From: Callorhinchus milii
Taxonomy: Eukaryota
Assembly (NCBI RefSeq): GCF_018977255.1
Contig: NW_024704742.1
Span: 127,846,001 to 127,906,000 of the forward strand
DNA: 60,000 bases
Reading direction: 5' to 3'
How positions within the stretch are numbered: position 1 is the first letter of the stretch; each line of letters opens with the position of its first letter. The position numbers and the translations under genes are program-made. Positions 13,507 to 27,160 of this stretch are shown here, piece by piece. The notes below the pieces were generated by a model that ran no database searches, was not told where the DNA came from, and saw nothing but the letters and a program-made list of their open reading frames with translations.

Positions 13507-13810
13507 TATAATAATAATAATATTTGCATTTCATATAGCACCCTATCATGTCATGGAAACTTCTCGAAGCATTTCACAGGATTTATTGTAAAGTGCAATG
13601 ACTGTGTATTTGTAGGCGAATACGGTAGATAATATGCATACAACAATGATCTACAAACAGCCAAATGTATGTCCAATTTTATCTTGAGGGAGGTTGGCTT
13701 GGCTACTGGGAGAAACGGGATCTTTAACATCTAACTGAGCAAGCAGACAAGGACCTTGGTTTAATGTTTCATCTGAAAGATGTGCTACCAATTGAGCAGA
13801 GCTGACACCT
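13507..13810 (-). mobile_element. SINE family B, decayed
   Basis: Tail ATAATAATAATATTTGCATTTC, then GGGATCTTTAACATC...TTAATGTTTCATCTGAAAG. Confidence 0.7.
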
Positions 13811-15004
13811 ACTGGATGACATAAAGTGGATAAGATTGTCTACTGTTTTTGGTCTTAAACAAGAATTGACTGCAAGGCTGGAACAGAGACAATTTGCGTG
13901 CAGCTCCAGGATGGGATACAATTGCTTGACATTGCCTTCAGAACGGACAGATAAAGAAACTATGTGTGAACTATTCCACGGTGTGAATCCAAATGTCACA
14001 AATAATTGGCTGGCATACAAGGCGAATATACTGAGGTGCACATCTCTCAAGCATCCCTAAGCAAGAATCAGAGAGAACTTTCTTTAAGTCAAACCGTGCA
14101 GTTTGTTGGAGGACAGCAATAATAATAATAATGCTTAATAACATTTGATATTATACATATCACTTCACTGCCCTTCACAGAATTTTTTACTCTGAAGTGT
14201 AGGGTCGGTGTATTTTAAGCAAAGGCGGCAGCCATTTTGTGCACAGCAATGTCCCACAGACAGCAAAGAAGTGGGTGACCAATTTCATTTGGGGGATATT
14301 TGGCCAAGAATATATAACAGCATGAAAAAAATGACAAAGAGTCATTCTGTCTAGTCTCGATTACTGTATATCTGTATCAACTATCGCGGATTGGCATGTC
14401 CAACCCGATATCTGTTAGAACGATAGGAGTACAAATGTCATTTAAAGATTCGGAAATACAGAGTTGAGACCTTTATGGTTGACTTATGGCAATTTTATCT
14501 TTCAATTGGTTTCAGAAATTGACAACTAACTTTGATACTGTGTGTGTGTGGTCTGAGGTGCTGTGGGTAATCCGTTTGCAAGGCAAAATGTCACCTTAGA
14601 TCATTTGCAAGAGCAGTTTAAAGTGCAACATCAATGGTGGTGGAACAAGACACCAGGGAAAATGGGGAAATAAATACACACATTGCTGGCAAGCTTCATA
14701 ATCTACCCACCCTTTAGCTCACCTTAACACATCCTTACCAAGGCCCTTTGGCAAATTTATGAGGGTTCCATGAGCACTCTTGGTAATTTCACTGACAAGA
14801 GGCTTCAGAAAATACTATATTCACTGGAGCAAAATTGAAAGGTGATTAACTGAGGACACAAATAAATGCATGGACTGGGAATATCATGGGTGGACAGACC
14901 AGTGGGATATTTTATCATGATCCATGTTCGATTCAGCTCTTTATTTGGTGTATTTGGATGAGGGAGAAATATTCCCCAGGGAAGTGGCAGAACTCTGCTC
15001 TTGT

Positions 15005-15600
15005 TTCAAAGCCCTCCACAGCCTTGCTCCTCCCTACCTCTCTGACCTGCTAACTCCATAGCAATCTGTCCGCTCCCTCCGCTCAGCGGACTTTGGCCTG
15101 GCTCCATGTCCCCCGTCCTGCCCACCCCACCATCATAGTCAGGCTTTGTAGTTGATAATAGTGCCACGTTTTCGCTTTGTCTCAAAGCACATCACAGAAT
15201 TTACTGCAAATTGTACTTACTGGGTATTTGAAGGCAAGCACAGCAGTCAATTTGTGAACAGCAACAACAACAGCAAGATTGCATTTATAGAGCGCCTTTC
15301 ACGTCGGGACCCGAGCAGGGGGCAAATGGTCAGAGGGAAGGGAGGGAGCGAGGAGGGGGTAGAGAGTCGAGAGGGGAGGTGAAGGCATGGTTGAAGAGCA
15401 AAGCCCCACAAACAACCATGAAGTGAATCACCAATTTTATCTGGATTGTGGGACACCAGGAGAAGCTCCCTTCTCTTTTCAAATTGTCCTGTAGAATCCC
15501 CCATGCTCGGGTCCTGATTCCCGACTGTTCAGAGCCTTGGGACGTCCTCCCAATGTGAAAGTCGCTTTACACACATATTTTTGCTGCTGCTGTTGTGGTT
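15005..15600. mobile_element. Nest of L2 fragments (+ 15005-15150, - 15262-15400, + tail 15500-15598) within a family B SINE
   Basis: FKALHSLAPPYLSDLL-coding piece, (AAC) tails, and family B segments at 15405-15490 and 15598-15760. Confidence 0.75.
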
Positions 15601-16900
15601 TAACATCTACCTGACCAAGCAGATGGGATCTCAGTTTAACATTTCATCCAAAGATCATCACCACTTAACGATATGAGCTGAAAGTCCCAATGTAGGGCTT
15701 GAATCCACAACCTTCTGAACTCAGAGGTAAAAGTACCACCAACTGAGCCAGGCTGACACTTTAGTACCATAACCATATTGTGTGGCACATGCTATATACT
15801 ATCTGCACCCTGTCTAGATTAGATACTGGAGTGGTTCTGTTATCCACCAGCTTTTACTATATTCCCAAAGTGTTCTGTCTCAGTTCAGCCTGACTACCTG
15901 ATGTCTAAGTGGTAAACCATGAAAACAGCAATCAAGAAGGTTAAAAAAAAGCACTAAATTGAATTAAAATTTAAATTAAAAATGAAATCATAACATTATA
16001 TTCTGTTGTGCGTGGAAACAGTTAATCTTTTAGTGCAGCAAATATGCTTGCTGTAAAGTCAGGGGTTATTGTAATGTCAATATGAAGTATTTCATCACTG
16101 TGAAGTGATGTTTTCTTCTGATTCCTCACCCCCCACCCCCATCCCACCACAACGCCCCCTCCCCTCCCTCTGTGTGACTGGCAGTATATCAGTATATTCA
16201 CGTACACAATATACTTAAATATAGCAACACACTGTGCTGAGAGGTCTCAGAGGCCTCTTGTTCCCCTGCAGAGAACATCTCTGTGGTTTTGAAAGATGTT
16301 CTATATGTTTACCAAGCTCAGGATGTGCGTCATCTTCTCAAGTTACGCGCACATTGTTAAATGCTTAGCAGCAATGCTGACTCTTCATGAGACGTACTTT
16401 CTCCAACTCCCACCTTCCTCTTGCAGACTGCTTGCTAATATTTGTTTGTGTGTTTCCCCCTCCTCCCTCCGTCTAACACTCTCACAGTCTGGGATGTATC
16501 TTTCCATTCATCAAGTAGTGTGGATACTACTTATCTGAATTCACGTAGGAAGACATGTAATTCAAGTGGGTTAGGAGCAGGCCTTTCACTGGAGATGAAA
16601 AGCTCTCCAGTGTACTTAGCGTTACGTTGACCGAGACGATGGCTGTGATGATAAGCATATTTTGAAAGAAAATTTTAGAAAAAATACATTTTTATAGCCC
16701 CTTAGCATGCTAAACATCTCAAAGCACTTTACAGTAATGACTTTCAAGTATAGAGGCTGGTTTTGTAGCTGCACGCTGCAAGCAGCAATGGGGTGAAGTG
16801 GCCAATTTGTGTGGGTGGGTGGGGGTTGTTGGCCGGGAGAAACATCATGGAATCTACCTTCGGGAGTATAAAGACCACTGCTGGTTTGTCAATGTCTTCT

Positions 16901-17239
16901 AAGCAAGAAGTCCCGGGTTTGATTCCCGGGCAGGACGAAACCTTAGGCAAGTTTCCTTACTCCACGCACCTCTGTTTACCTATCAGTAAGTCGGAACTTG
17001 GTTGTTAGTCGATTGACAGATTGTTTTCCGGGATAATTATCCCTTAAAAAAATAATAATAATAATTTGGTCATTCAATCCACATCTGTTTGTGGGACACT
17101 GCCTTGCGCAATTGACTGCTGCGTTTTACCCACAAAATATAGTCAATTCACTTTACAGTATATTCTGTGAAGCACTTTGAGATGTCTCAACAACGTGGTA
17201 AGCCGCTATATTAAATGCAAGGATTATTATTATTATTAC
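16901..17239 (+). mobile_element. SINE family A, long form, head partly lost
   Basis: B box GGTTTGATTCC, GGCAAGTTTCCTTACTCCAC, long internal segment, (ATT)n tail. Confidence 0.9.
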
Positions 17240-18777
17240 TACTAAACAGCCTCCCCTGGCAAACTGACAGTGTAAATGTGCAGCAAGAAGCTCTTCTCCT
17301 GTGCCAAATCACTGGCAGAAGTGCACATCTGCTAGCAGTCTTCATCAGGCATCTTGCAGTCCCTCCTTATTACGCAATGCCACATCTGGTTGACAGCAGT
17401 GCAAAGTCACACAGAAAGATAGTAATTTTAAAAACCATGCAAAGGGTTTGATGTGGTTTAAGTGGTCTATCGCTAAAAATAATAACAGCCTTAACCAAGC
17501 CGTATTGGAAAAACACACAAAAAATTATTACATCCTCAACATGCCAATGTATTGTTAATACGAGAGTGAATTAAAGAGCATTGTGACAGTGTGGAGCCAG
17601 AGGTTGTTAGACAGACATCTTCTTTACAGTCCTATGAAATATAATTACTAACCATCAACAGCTGTATATCGAAAGCATGCTTTTGTTATTTTCATTTTAT
17701 TTCAAACAAATGTCTTGAAGCTATAATTAAAAGTGGCAGTAACTGTAATTTTTTGTAAACTTTGTTAACTAGCTTTAAAGACACTATTGCACTGCTGGAA
17801 TGCATTTGTGTGTGGACACCGTGGTCAGGACAGCTTGCATTTATATATCACCCTTCGCGCCGGATGGCGTCTCGGAGCGCTTAAAACTAGGCTATCTGTG
17901 ATGTCCATTTTCCCCCCACCACCACTCACTGAGTGGGACTTTGCTGAGCGCAAACCATCTATCACATTTTCTTAGAAACACATTACTACACTCGACAGTG
18001 ATTTTTGCAATGCACTTTGAGACTGACAATATTATAGGTTCTATCAAAACACATATTTTTTTTTACTCTTGGCCAGACCTGGGTATCTCTGAACACTCAA
18101 TTGCACAGGAATATCTTTCCAGTATCATGCATGAATTCATGAATTCACAAATACAGTACATATGATTAAATTGGTTGCAATACCAACCAAGCCAGAAAGG
18201 CACTTTGGGAATAAACCTCCAAACAACTGAAAGGAAAACAAACACTACTTTTGTGGGTGTATCAGTAGACTTAATGGGTATTCACACGAGTGAAATCACA
18301 TCTAACTGCATTTGTGCGTAATGATAAATAATCCTATAAACCTTGCATTTCATATAGCGCCTTATGATGTCTTTGAGACGTCTCAAAGCACTTCACAAAA
18401 TATTTTGTAAAGTGAATTGATAGTATATATTGTAGGCGAAAATATAATATCCTCTGACAACAACTATTATAGACAAGGTAGTGTTTCCTCACAACACGAT
18501 ACTTCATGTCAATTGTGAAGCAATAAATTTTGATCCTTGGGCAATAGTGCACTAAACATTGCATAAAAAAGCTCTCAACTTTTCTGGCTTTACTTTATAA
18601 GGGTCTGGAATCCTCCTTAATCTGCACCAACAATTTCCAACATGATTGCATTTCAACGACTCATTGAAAACTGAATTGAGTGTTCCCAGACTAACTCCAA
18701 GAAAAGGACTTTGAAAGCTGCACAGGAAAATAGTTAAACAAGAGTTCCTAAAATTAGTAACTTTCAAAGCATTATCT

Positions 18778-19068
18778 AGGCTGACACTTCAATGCACTCC
18801 TAGGGGAGCGCTGTGTTGTTAGAGGTAGAGGTATTGTCCTTCAGATGAGACGGTAAACTTTTTGGAACAAGAAGGGAATTTCTTCTGCCTATCTTGCCTA
18901 ACAAGCCCCCAGATTAAATTGATAATTCACTTCATAGATAGTTCTGGGAGATTGCTGTGCGCAAATTAGCTGCCTACAAATACCATCAGTACACATTACA
19001 GAAATTTCTGTGAAGAGCTTTGAGATGTCTCGACAACATAAGGCACTATATCTAATGCCAAATGCAAG
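18778..19068 (+). mobile_element. SINE family B
   Basis: GGCTGACACTTCAATGCA...TCAGATGAGACG...GATTGCTGTGCGCAAATTAGCTGCC. Confidence 0.75.
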
Positions 19069-19836
19069 GGTTATTCTGGAAAATAAAAACCTAAATGGGG
19101 TAGAGGAGCAAAGGGACCTAGGGGTACACATACACAATTCACTAAAAGTAGCAATGCAGGTTATTAAGGCCGTAAAAAAAAGCAAACCAGGCATTGGGGT
19201 TCATTTCTAGAGGGTAAGAAATAAAAAGCAAGGAAGTTATGGTAAACGTCTATAGAACGTTGGTTAGACCACACTTAGAATACTGTGTGCAGTTCTGGTC
19301 TCCACATTATAGAGGGTATGTAGAGGCACCGGAGAGGGTGCAAAGGAGATTCACAAGAATGATCCCAGAACTGAGAGGTTACACCTATCAGGAAAGGCTG
19401 AACATACTTGGGGACTCTTTTCTTGAAAAGAGGAGGGTAAGGGGGTCACCCGATAGAGGTCTTTAAAATAATGAAAGGTTTTGATAGAATAGACATAGGG
19501 AAGATGTTTCCACTTGTGGGGGAGACCAAAACCGGGGGCCATCAATATAAAATAGTCACAAATAGATCAAATAGGGAAGTTAGAAGAAATGTCTTCACAC
19601 AGAGTAGTGGGAATGTGGAACATGCTACCACAAGGAGTTGTTGAGGCAAATCGCATAGATGTATTTAAGGGAAAGCTAGATAGGTACATGAGGGAGAAAG
19701 GAATAGAAGGTTATGCTTGAAGGCTTAGTTGAGGAAGGGCAGGAGGAGGCTCATGTGGAGCTTAAACAGCGGCATAGACCAGTTGGGCCAAATGGCCTGT
19801 TTCTGTGCTGTATATTCTAATGTATTCTAATGTATT
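19069..19836 (+). mobile_element. CR1 LINE, 5'-truncated (ORF2 C-terminus plus 3'UTR)
   Basis: EEQRDLGVHIHNSLK and YRTLVRPHLEYCVQFWSPHY...ERVQRRFTRMIP; tail (TATTCTAATG)x2; frameshifted. Confidence 0.95.
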
Positions 19837-20697
19837 AATAGCAGTATTTATTTCCAAATATTACATTTGACCAAATGCTGTTCGTTTTCTTGAGATCACA
19901 TAATAAGAAGAATCCTTGAATTTGATATAATATTTAATGTTGAAATATCTCAAAGCACTTCATAGGTAATTGGTGCCAGTGGCTGTACATTTGCAAGCAA
20001 ATGCATCAGCCAATTTGCACACAAGGTCCCCACACAAAAAAACCCAGTGAATGAACAATCTATAGGAAAGATTGTTAGCCAGGGCTTGGAAAATAGCATT
20101 TCATTCAAAGTCAGTACCTCTGACATTGTATCACTGTATCAGTCTACAATAAAGATTCAGCCTAGACTGTTTTCATTACAACAAGCTGATTTGTGATTAA
20201 CCGTATGAGCTTTAACCTTCTTTAAAAGTTGTACATTTACATATTCATCAGGTTTTTCTGACACTCAGTTTGTAAACAAAGATGGTATGAATCTCAGACG
20301 CTACTTTTTATTAGAAACACTCTTAAAACTAAATGTGCTTTTTGGCAAGTGAATTAGCAGATTTACACTGAAGCTGCCAAATCTACATTAGGAGGCAGAT
20401 TTGCCAAATACTCAGTGTTCAACATCATAAAAGGAAACAAAATGATTTCTTGGAAACCTAAAAAAAGCATCAGATTTGAAAGGAAGGAATCAAAATTCTA
20501 GTAATTTGTGTTGCTGGAGTAAATTGGTTTGGGCTCTGAAATTGTAAGTTCAGTTGCAAGAATCAAAGTACCGCCAAAATTTTTCAATGTGATTTTTAGT
20601 TTCTGGCAGCTCAGTTATTCGTTCCCAGCGAATAACTCTGAGTATCTTCCAAATCACCATCACTGAACGTTTCAACAATTGCAAGAAGGTGATTATT

Positions 20698-21013
20698 GTG
20701 GAGTCCTGTAGCTCAGTGGTTAGAGCACTCGCCTTGCAAGCGAGACACCTGGGTTCAATTCCAGGCAGGGCGAAACCTTGGGCAAGTTTCCTTACTCCAT
20801 AAACCTAATAAACCTCCAAAAAACAAAACAATAATAAAATTGGTCATTTTCAATCCATGACTGTCTGAGGGACACTGCTGTGCGCAATTGGTTGCCGCGT
20901 TTCGCCCACAAATATACAGTCAATTCACTTTACAGCATATTCTGTGAAGCTCTTTGAGATGTCGCGAAGACCTGAAAAGCGCTATATCAAATGCAAGGAT
21001 TATTATTATTATT
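20698..21013 (+). mobile_element. SINE family A, short form, full length
   Basis: Complete tRNA-like head (anticodon arm CTCGC-CTTGCAA-GCGAG); ATTATTG on both sides. Confidence 0.95.
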
Positions 21014-21098
21014 GGTCACTGCGCATGTCTGCAGAATATCATTCAACGGGAAATAGCACTGCAGTCATGACTGGAGAAAAAGTCGAATAAGGGACTTC

Positions 21099-21474
21099 AC
21101 AGCCTGGCTCAGTTGGTAGTACTCTTGCCTCTGAGTCAGAAGTTTGTGCATATACGCTATGCTGACGCTCCAGTGCAGTGCTGGGGATGTGCCGCAGGTA
21201 CCGTCCTTTGCGTGAGACGTTAAATTAAACCGAGGTTCCATCTATTTGTTCAGATAGACATTAAAGATCCCATAGCACTATTTGAAAAAACAAGGAGTTT
21301 TTCAAGGTGTCCTGGCCAAAAAAATATAATTGAAAATATAATTCACTTCATGGGACATTGCTATGTGCAAATTGGCTATCACTCCAGTTTACAGTATATC
21401 CTGTAGAGCACTTTGAGATGTCCTTCCTATCTGAAAGGCGCAATATCAAAGCCAAAGATTATGATTATTATTAT
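21099..21474 (+). mobile_element. SINE family B, near full length
   Basis: CAGCCTGGCTCAGTTGGTAGTACTCTTGCCTCTGAGTCAGAAG head, AAAGATCCCATAGCACTATTTG core, tail. Confidence 0.85.
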
Positions 21475-23489
21475 GTGCATCGTATATATCGACTCCCCCA
21501 AATTTATGACCAGCTCAAATTTGTGACTACAAATGTTACTTGTGCAATTTCTCCCTGCAGGAGCATAAAATGCTTCAATCGTTTCCTCTAATTAAATTAA
21601 AAACTATTGTATAGCCCGTTTACTGGAGAGCTTCACCTTACTTACAACTTGTCCCACTTGTTTTACAGACAAACTGAATCGCCATTCTGTCACTTAATCC
21701 TATAATCCTCGGAAGAATTCACTGTCTTTCAAGTCCTTGAGGCACCACTTCGATTTCAAGAAAGTATCCCTTACTCATTCATCAACACACCTTTCCCAGC
21801 TATGCGAAGAAACAGGAGTCCCCTGACACAACCCTGCATTCATTTCCACAGAGTCAAGCACCACAAAAGCAATCAATACATTACCCAATTCCAAGCAGCA
21901 TGAGAAACAATGTCACCAAACCACACTGAATGGGGCTGGGAATTTTCTGCAGTTTTCTCTTTCATTCTCTCTCCCTCCACCTCCCAACCCCACCACCCCT
22001 CAATGAGGCAAGTACATGAACCGAGTTATTCAACGGTAAACAAACTATTTCTGGTTGAAAGAGGTACACATGGATGCTGAAACTCTGAAGTGCTGCTCAG
22101 AGCTATGTGCAATAACTGGGCGTAACAAAGCCTTGCTGCCAAAAATATCTATCAAAACAGCCTGTTATAAATGCACTCTGGCATTTGGTGGCTATCCAAA
22201 TGGGACAGCAATGACTAACACGACTGTGGAACAACATGTCAAGGTAAAGCACTCGGCAAATATATTGTGGTTAACAAGTGCTATCAGTACAATTATCACA
22301 ATAGAATGCATAACATTTCTGATTTATGTTCAAGTGTCAGAATGACATGACAAACTGATCCGACAACTACTGTATTTTTCGCGGCCCATTTAATTTCGTT
22401 GGGTTTCACGCTCCAATGATTCTGCATGAAATTAAATGGGCCAAAATGTTTTATCTTTAATAAAGCGGGTGGGAGAGGCCCGATCACGTGGGATGGTGCN
22501 AAAAAAATGAAGAGATGCAAACCAGGAGTCGGACCCCCAGCGAAGAAAATAAAACAAGAAATAGTGGTATTTAATCCTGTGTTTTTTAATCTGTTGTAAA
22601 ATATATCTGCTTAATATGAATGCAGAAAATCCTTATTACACTCCATTATAATAATAATAACAATAATATTAATAGCCTTAAAGCGCTTCACAGGATTTAC
22701 TACAAAGTGCAGTGTGTTTTGTAGGCGAAGGATTGAAGACAGCTTCAACACAAACTCTCAGTGGTCATCAATTAACTTTTGACCTAAGGCGTATGTGAGA
22801 GAGTGAGGTCTGGAGAATAAAAGTGGTGCCTTTCTTTTGAGATAGTTAACCAAAAAGTTAACCAAATGCTTGTAAGTAAATGTTCCACACAACTGTTGAT
22901 ATGTATCCTTAAAAGTCGAAACTTCTGAAAGATCCATGAAGGCACACTGCTAAGTTTGTAGGTTTCGGGGAAGATTCCTAGCTGTTAAAACGCTAGCTAG
23001 GGGCTAAACCAAGAATCCACATTCAATCCGGTGACACAAATGTGCAGAGAGGCCTGTGTGTGTCTCTGAAGATGCTGCCTTCTTGGCTAACCAGGAACAG
23101 CTGTTCTTTTCTGGTGATCAAATTACCACTAATAAAACAAGACAGCGTGTTTTTTGAAGGGCCCACAGCATAAACACTTTCCCCATCCTAGAGAGACTTG
23201 TGTCGATAAGCATAACTGAATACAATAGGTGCTGTGCTACAGAAACCAAATGATAGGATTAGCGTTTTTCCTTTGGATTATACTTTACTCACTCACACTT
23301 TGTGGCTAAGGTTTCTGGCGTTTCTTTTTACTGACTGGAAGATTGAAACTTATTGTTTAGCTACTTTTGAGAATTCTAAATGCATTTGGAATTAATTAAA
23401 ATGCCCAATTGTTACAAACTCTTTGTGATCTTTGTTTCACCTTTTTTCTAAACTTAGTGTGTCCAATTAATTTTCTAATTGGACCCTCC

Positions 23490-23960
23490 AATACAGTCCT
23501 GGGCGAGTGCCACGTTGTCAGAGTTGCAGTCCTTCAGATGAGATGTTAAACCAAGGTCCCACCTGCCCACTTAGGTGGATGCTAAAGATTCTATGGTACT
23601 ATTCCTAAAACAGAAGGGAGTTTCTCCCAGTGGCCTGGCCAACAATCCTCCAGATAAAATTGTTAAATGACTTAATGGCTGTTTGTTGGGACATTACTGT
23701 GTGCAAATTGACAGCAACATTTGCTGGCAGAAACAGCCACTAACTACACTTTACAGTACATCCTGTGAAACATGTTGTGATGAGATAAGGTGCTACATCA
23801 CATGCAAGGATTACCCACTCAATCCATGTGGGACACTGCTGTGTGCAATTGGCTGCCAAGTTTTGCCCACAAAATATATACAGTATATTCTGGGAAGCGC
23901 TTTGAGACGTCTCGAAAACGTGATAAGGCCCTACATTGAATGTAAGGTTTATTATTATGT
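23490..23960 (+). mobile_element. Family B SINE followed by a family A 3' half
   Basis: CAGATGAGATGTTAAACCAAGGTCCC core; second tail GCTTTGAGACGTCTCGAAAACGTG. Confidence 0.78.
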
Positions 23961-25179
23961 GTTATTATTACACTGCCAAATTGTCTTTTTTTTACAAGGT
24001 CATTCATTCAGGCTCTGTTTATCTTAAAATTCAAATGGATCTTAAGGCACGCTTAACCCCACCCCTGTAACTATTTTACAAAAATCCCTAACTGTCCAGC
24101 ACCTTGGGACATAGTCCTGACGTGAAAGGCACTATACACATGCAATTTGTTGTTGTTTTTAGCAAGTCCACCAAATGGCAACAGGACAGTTCCCCATCTG
24201 GAATAGTGACAATTAGACACATAGGAGCTAGAATATACTATTTAGCCCATTGATTCTGTTGTGCCATTTTATCATGGATCTTTTAATCCATTTCCACACC
24301 TTTTTCCATATCCATCTGTGCCTTGCTGTGTCCATCCATCCGTCTGTCTCCATTTTAAATGTTCCAATCGTTTATGTGAAGAAATCATTTCTAACCTCTA
24401 ATTTTAAGACTGTTCCCTTGTTGCGGTTCCCATGGAGTGAAAAGTCGTCCATATATTTCATTAGTTTTATGAGTTTGAAACTATTATTGAGCCCTTAGTT
24501 TTATTTGTATTAAAATTATGTTAAATTCAGAAGTAATCAAAAGAACAGCTGGGAATTCTGAGTTTGTGGCATATGGGCACATTTCTTGAGAGAAAGCAAT
24601 GCTTTAATAGCCATTTTCAAAGGTTACATTCTGTAAATTTGCATAATATTGGTTTTGTGAATGAATTACTACAAATATAACACTTTGATGAATTGGACTA
24701 AATGCAAAGCAAAATGGACTGACTGTTCCATGCACTAATTGATTATTGGAAGGTAAGCAGCTTAAAAAAAAGCTGAAAGCAAGGAAGACACATGCATACA
24801 AGTTACTCAATGGCTCTGAAGAATGAAACTTCAAATACTGGTATTGTGTATCTTTGACATACCATAACCAGGCTGCGTCATGTTGTAAGTAGTACTCCCA
24901 GAGGGAATGCAAAAGAAGAGATTCACTAGACAAAGTCAAGTATAACTGAGTGTTTCCCTGAGGGGAATAAAGTGTACTTGAAATACTATCTATAGCTGCC
25001 CTATTACTCTGCATGTTGTTTGTTTTATGTATGGGAAACTGCCAGTGTTTAAATATTTACTGTTTTTCTGGGCTATATCCTTTTCCGTATCTCTGTTAGA
25101 ATATCTTCATAACAAAGTTTACAATATTTACCAACTAGGTTTCTTAATATACAAACAAACACAAACCATTGTTCAGCAA

Positions 25180-25500
25180 CATCAGACTTTGGATATCAGT
25201 TGGTAGCACTCTTGCCTCTGGGACAGAAGATTGTGGGTTTAAGTTTCACATCGAGCTGACATTCCAATACAATTCTGGGGAGCTCTCCATGTTACCTCGG
25301 GATACCATATCTTGGATAAGTTGTAGCGCCTCCCTGTTTAAATGGATGTTAAAGATCTCATGACACTGTTCGAAAAGAGAAGAGAGTTTCTCTCACTGTC
25401 CTGGTCCGAAATCTTCCAGGATAAATTGGTCAGTCACCTCACTGCTATTTGTGGGACATTTTGTGTATAAAATGGCCACCACATTTGCCTCAAATAATAA
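25180..25500 (+). mobile_element. SINE family B
   Basis: CAGTTGGTAGCACTCTTGCCTCTG head and AAAGATCTCATGACACTG core. Confidence 0.75.
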
Positions 25501-25839
25501 ATATGATAATAATCCTTGTATTTGATATAACATCTTATAACACTGAAGTGTCTCAAAAATGCATTTTGTGTGTGTGTGTAGAGTGCAGTGACTGTGCATT
25601 TGTAGGCAAACTTACAGTCGCTCTGCTTTTTTGAGATGTTTGAATGTATAAAAATGCAAATTCTTATTAATAATATCAATGACCCTTGCATTTTATGTAG
25701 TGTTTTATCATGTTTAAGCAGCTCAATGCACTTCACAATAATTACTGCACCAAAGCTAGTCTAATGTGCAGTTTGCAGCTCAACACAAATTCCAATAGTA
25801 ATGCTAGGTTTAACTTCATACAACACCAGATTATAACAA

Positions 25840-25931
25840 CAATAATAATAATCCTTGCATTTGATATGGCGCCTTATCATGGTGTCGAGACATCTCAAAG
25901 CTCTTCACAGGATATACTGTAAGTATACCGG
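25840..25931 (-). mobile_element. SINE tail stub flanked by a 25-bp direct repeat
   Basis: TTCATACAACACCAGATTATAACAA at 25815-25839 and 25932-25956. Confidence 0.88.
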
Positions 25932-26727
25932 TTCATACAACACCAGATTATAACAATGAGTAGGTACAATATAATAATAATCCTCGCAATTAATATGATA
26001 CCTTATCCCGTCATCGAGACATCTCAAAAGTTAAAGAGCTAATCTCATTTGCCCTGTAAAGGTGTGAACTCTGTGACCTATGGTTCAAGCTATGTGTAGG
26101 AAATAGTCTCTATTCTTCTCACAACAACACTGAAATTACTGAGGAATTACTGGACTGTAGCTTTGGAAGGTATAAATTCTCCAAACATTTAGAGAGACAC
26201 ATCTACAACCAGTTGTTAATGGGAGTGCCATAACTATAGATAATAACGAATGTCTTTGCAAATATGGGCCTTTCAGTCACCATTTCTTTTATTTTAAATG
26301 TATATTCCTCTTCTTCCCTTAAAGTGAGCTTTTATATGTACCAAAGTTGTCCGCACTCATTCAAATGACAGGATTTCCACATAACCAGAACAACGCTTAC
26401 AAAACAATCAATGCCTGAGGAGACATCAAACCGAGCTCTCAGCATATGGCTATGAACATGATGTTTCAGACGAGTACATGTAGGTCTTTGGAAGAAGCCA
26501 GCCATTATGCTGGGGGCCACAGGTGATGTAGTCATCCATTGCTAAGCTTACACCTAGGGGTCAGCCTAAAACAGATCCTTTCTTTCACTAACGTTGTTGT
26601 AACAGGTGAAGTATCAGACTGATCCTTCAGGCTCTGAGCAGTCTCATTTTATTTACTATAGAAGCACAATGATAACAGATATGAAGAAGACCAATTTTAT
26701 CTGGGAGATTGTTGGCCAAGATACTGG

Positions 26728-27160
26728 AACAATAAGAACAAAATTGCATTTGTAAAGCACCTTTCACGTCAGGAGGACGTCCCAAGGCGCTGGACAGACA
26801 AAGTTACGGACCCGAGTTGGGGGTAGGGGTGGGGGAGGATGGAGGGCAGGGGCGGGGAAGCAGGGCGATTGAAAGTACGGTCAAGGAGGAGGGTTTTGAG
26901 GTGGGCCTTGAAGATGGCGAGGGAGGGAGCGAGACGGAGGGACTGCGGGATGGAGTTCCAGAGGGTGGGGGCAGAGTGGTGGAAGGCTCACCTGCCAATA
27001 GTGGGGCGAGCAAGGGGTGCGACATGGAGCAGGCCGAAGTCTGCTGAGTGGAGGGAGCGAAAAGGATGGTAGAGGGTTAGGAGGTCGCAGAGGTAGGGGG
27101 GAGCAAGACCGTGGAGGGCTTTGAAGGTGAGGACCAGGATCTATAACTGTATCCTCTGTG
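26728..27160 (-). mobile_element. L2 LINE 3' fragment
   Basis: Antisense of FKALHGLAPPYLCDLL...LWNSIP...; L2 tail stem-loop. Confidence 0.9.

Noticed and set aside
20698..20775. Bona fide tRNA-Ala genes at the family A heads
   Set aside because: Each continues into a SINE body and tail, and copies differ in the anticodon arm; they are SINE heads.
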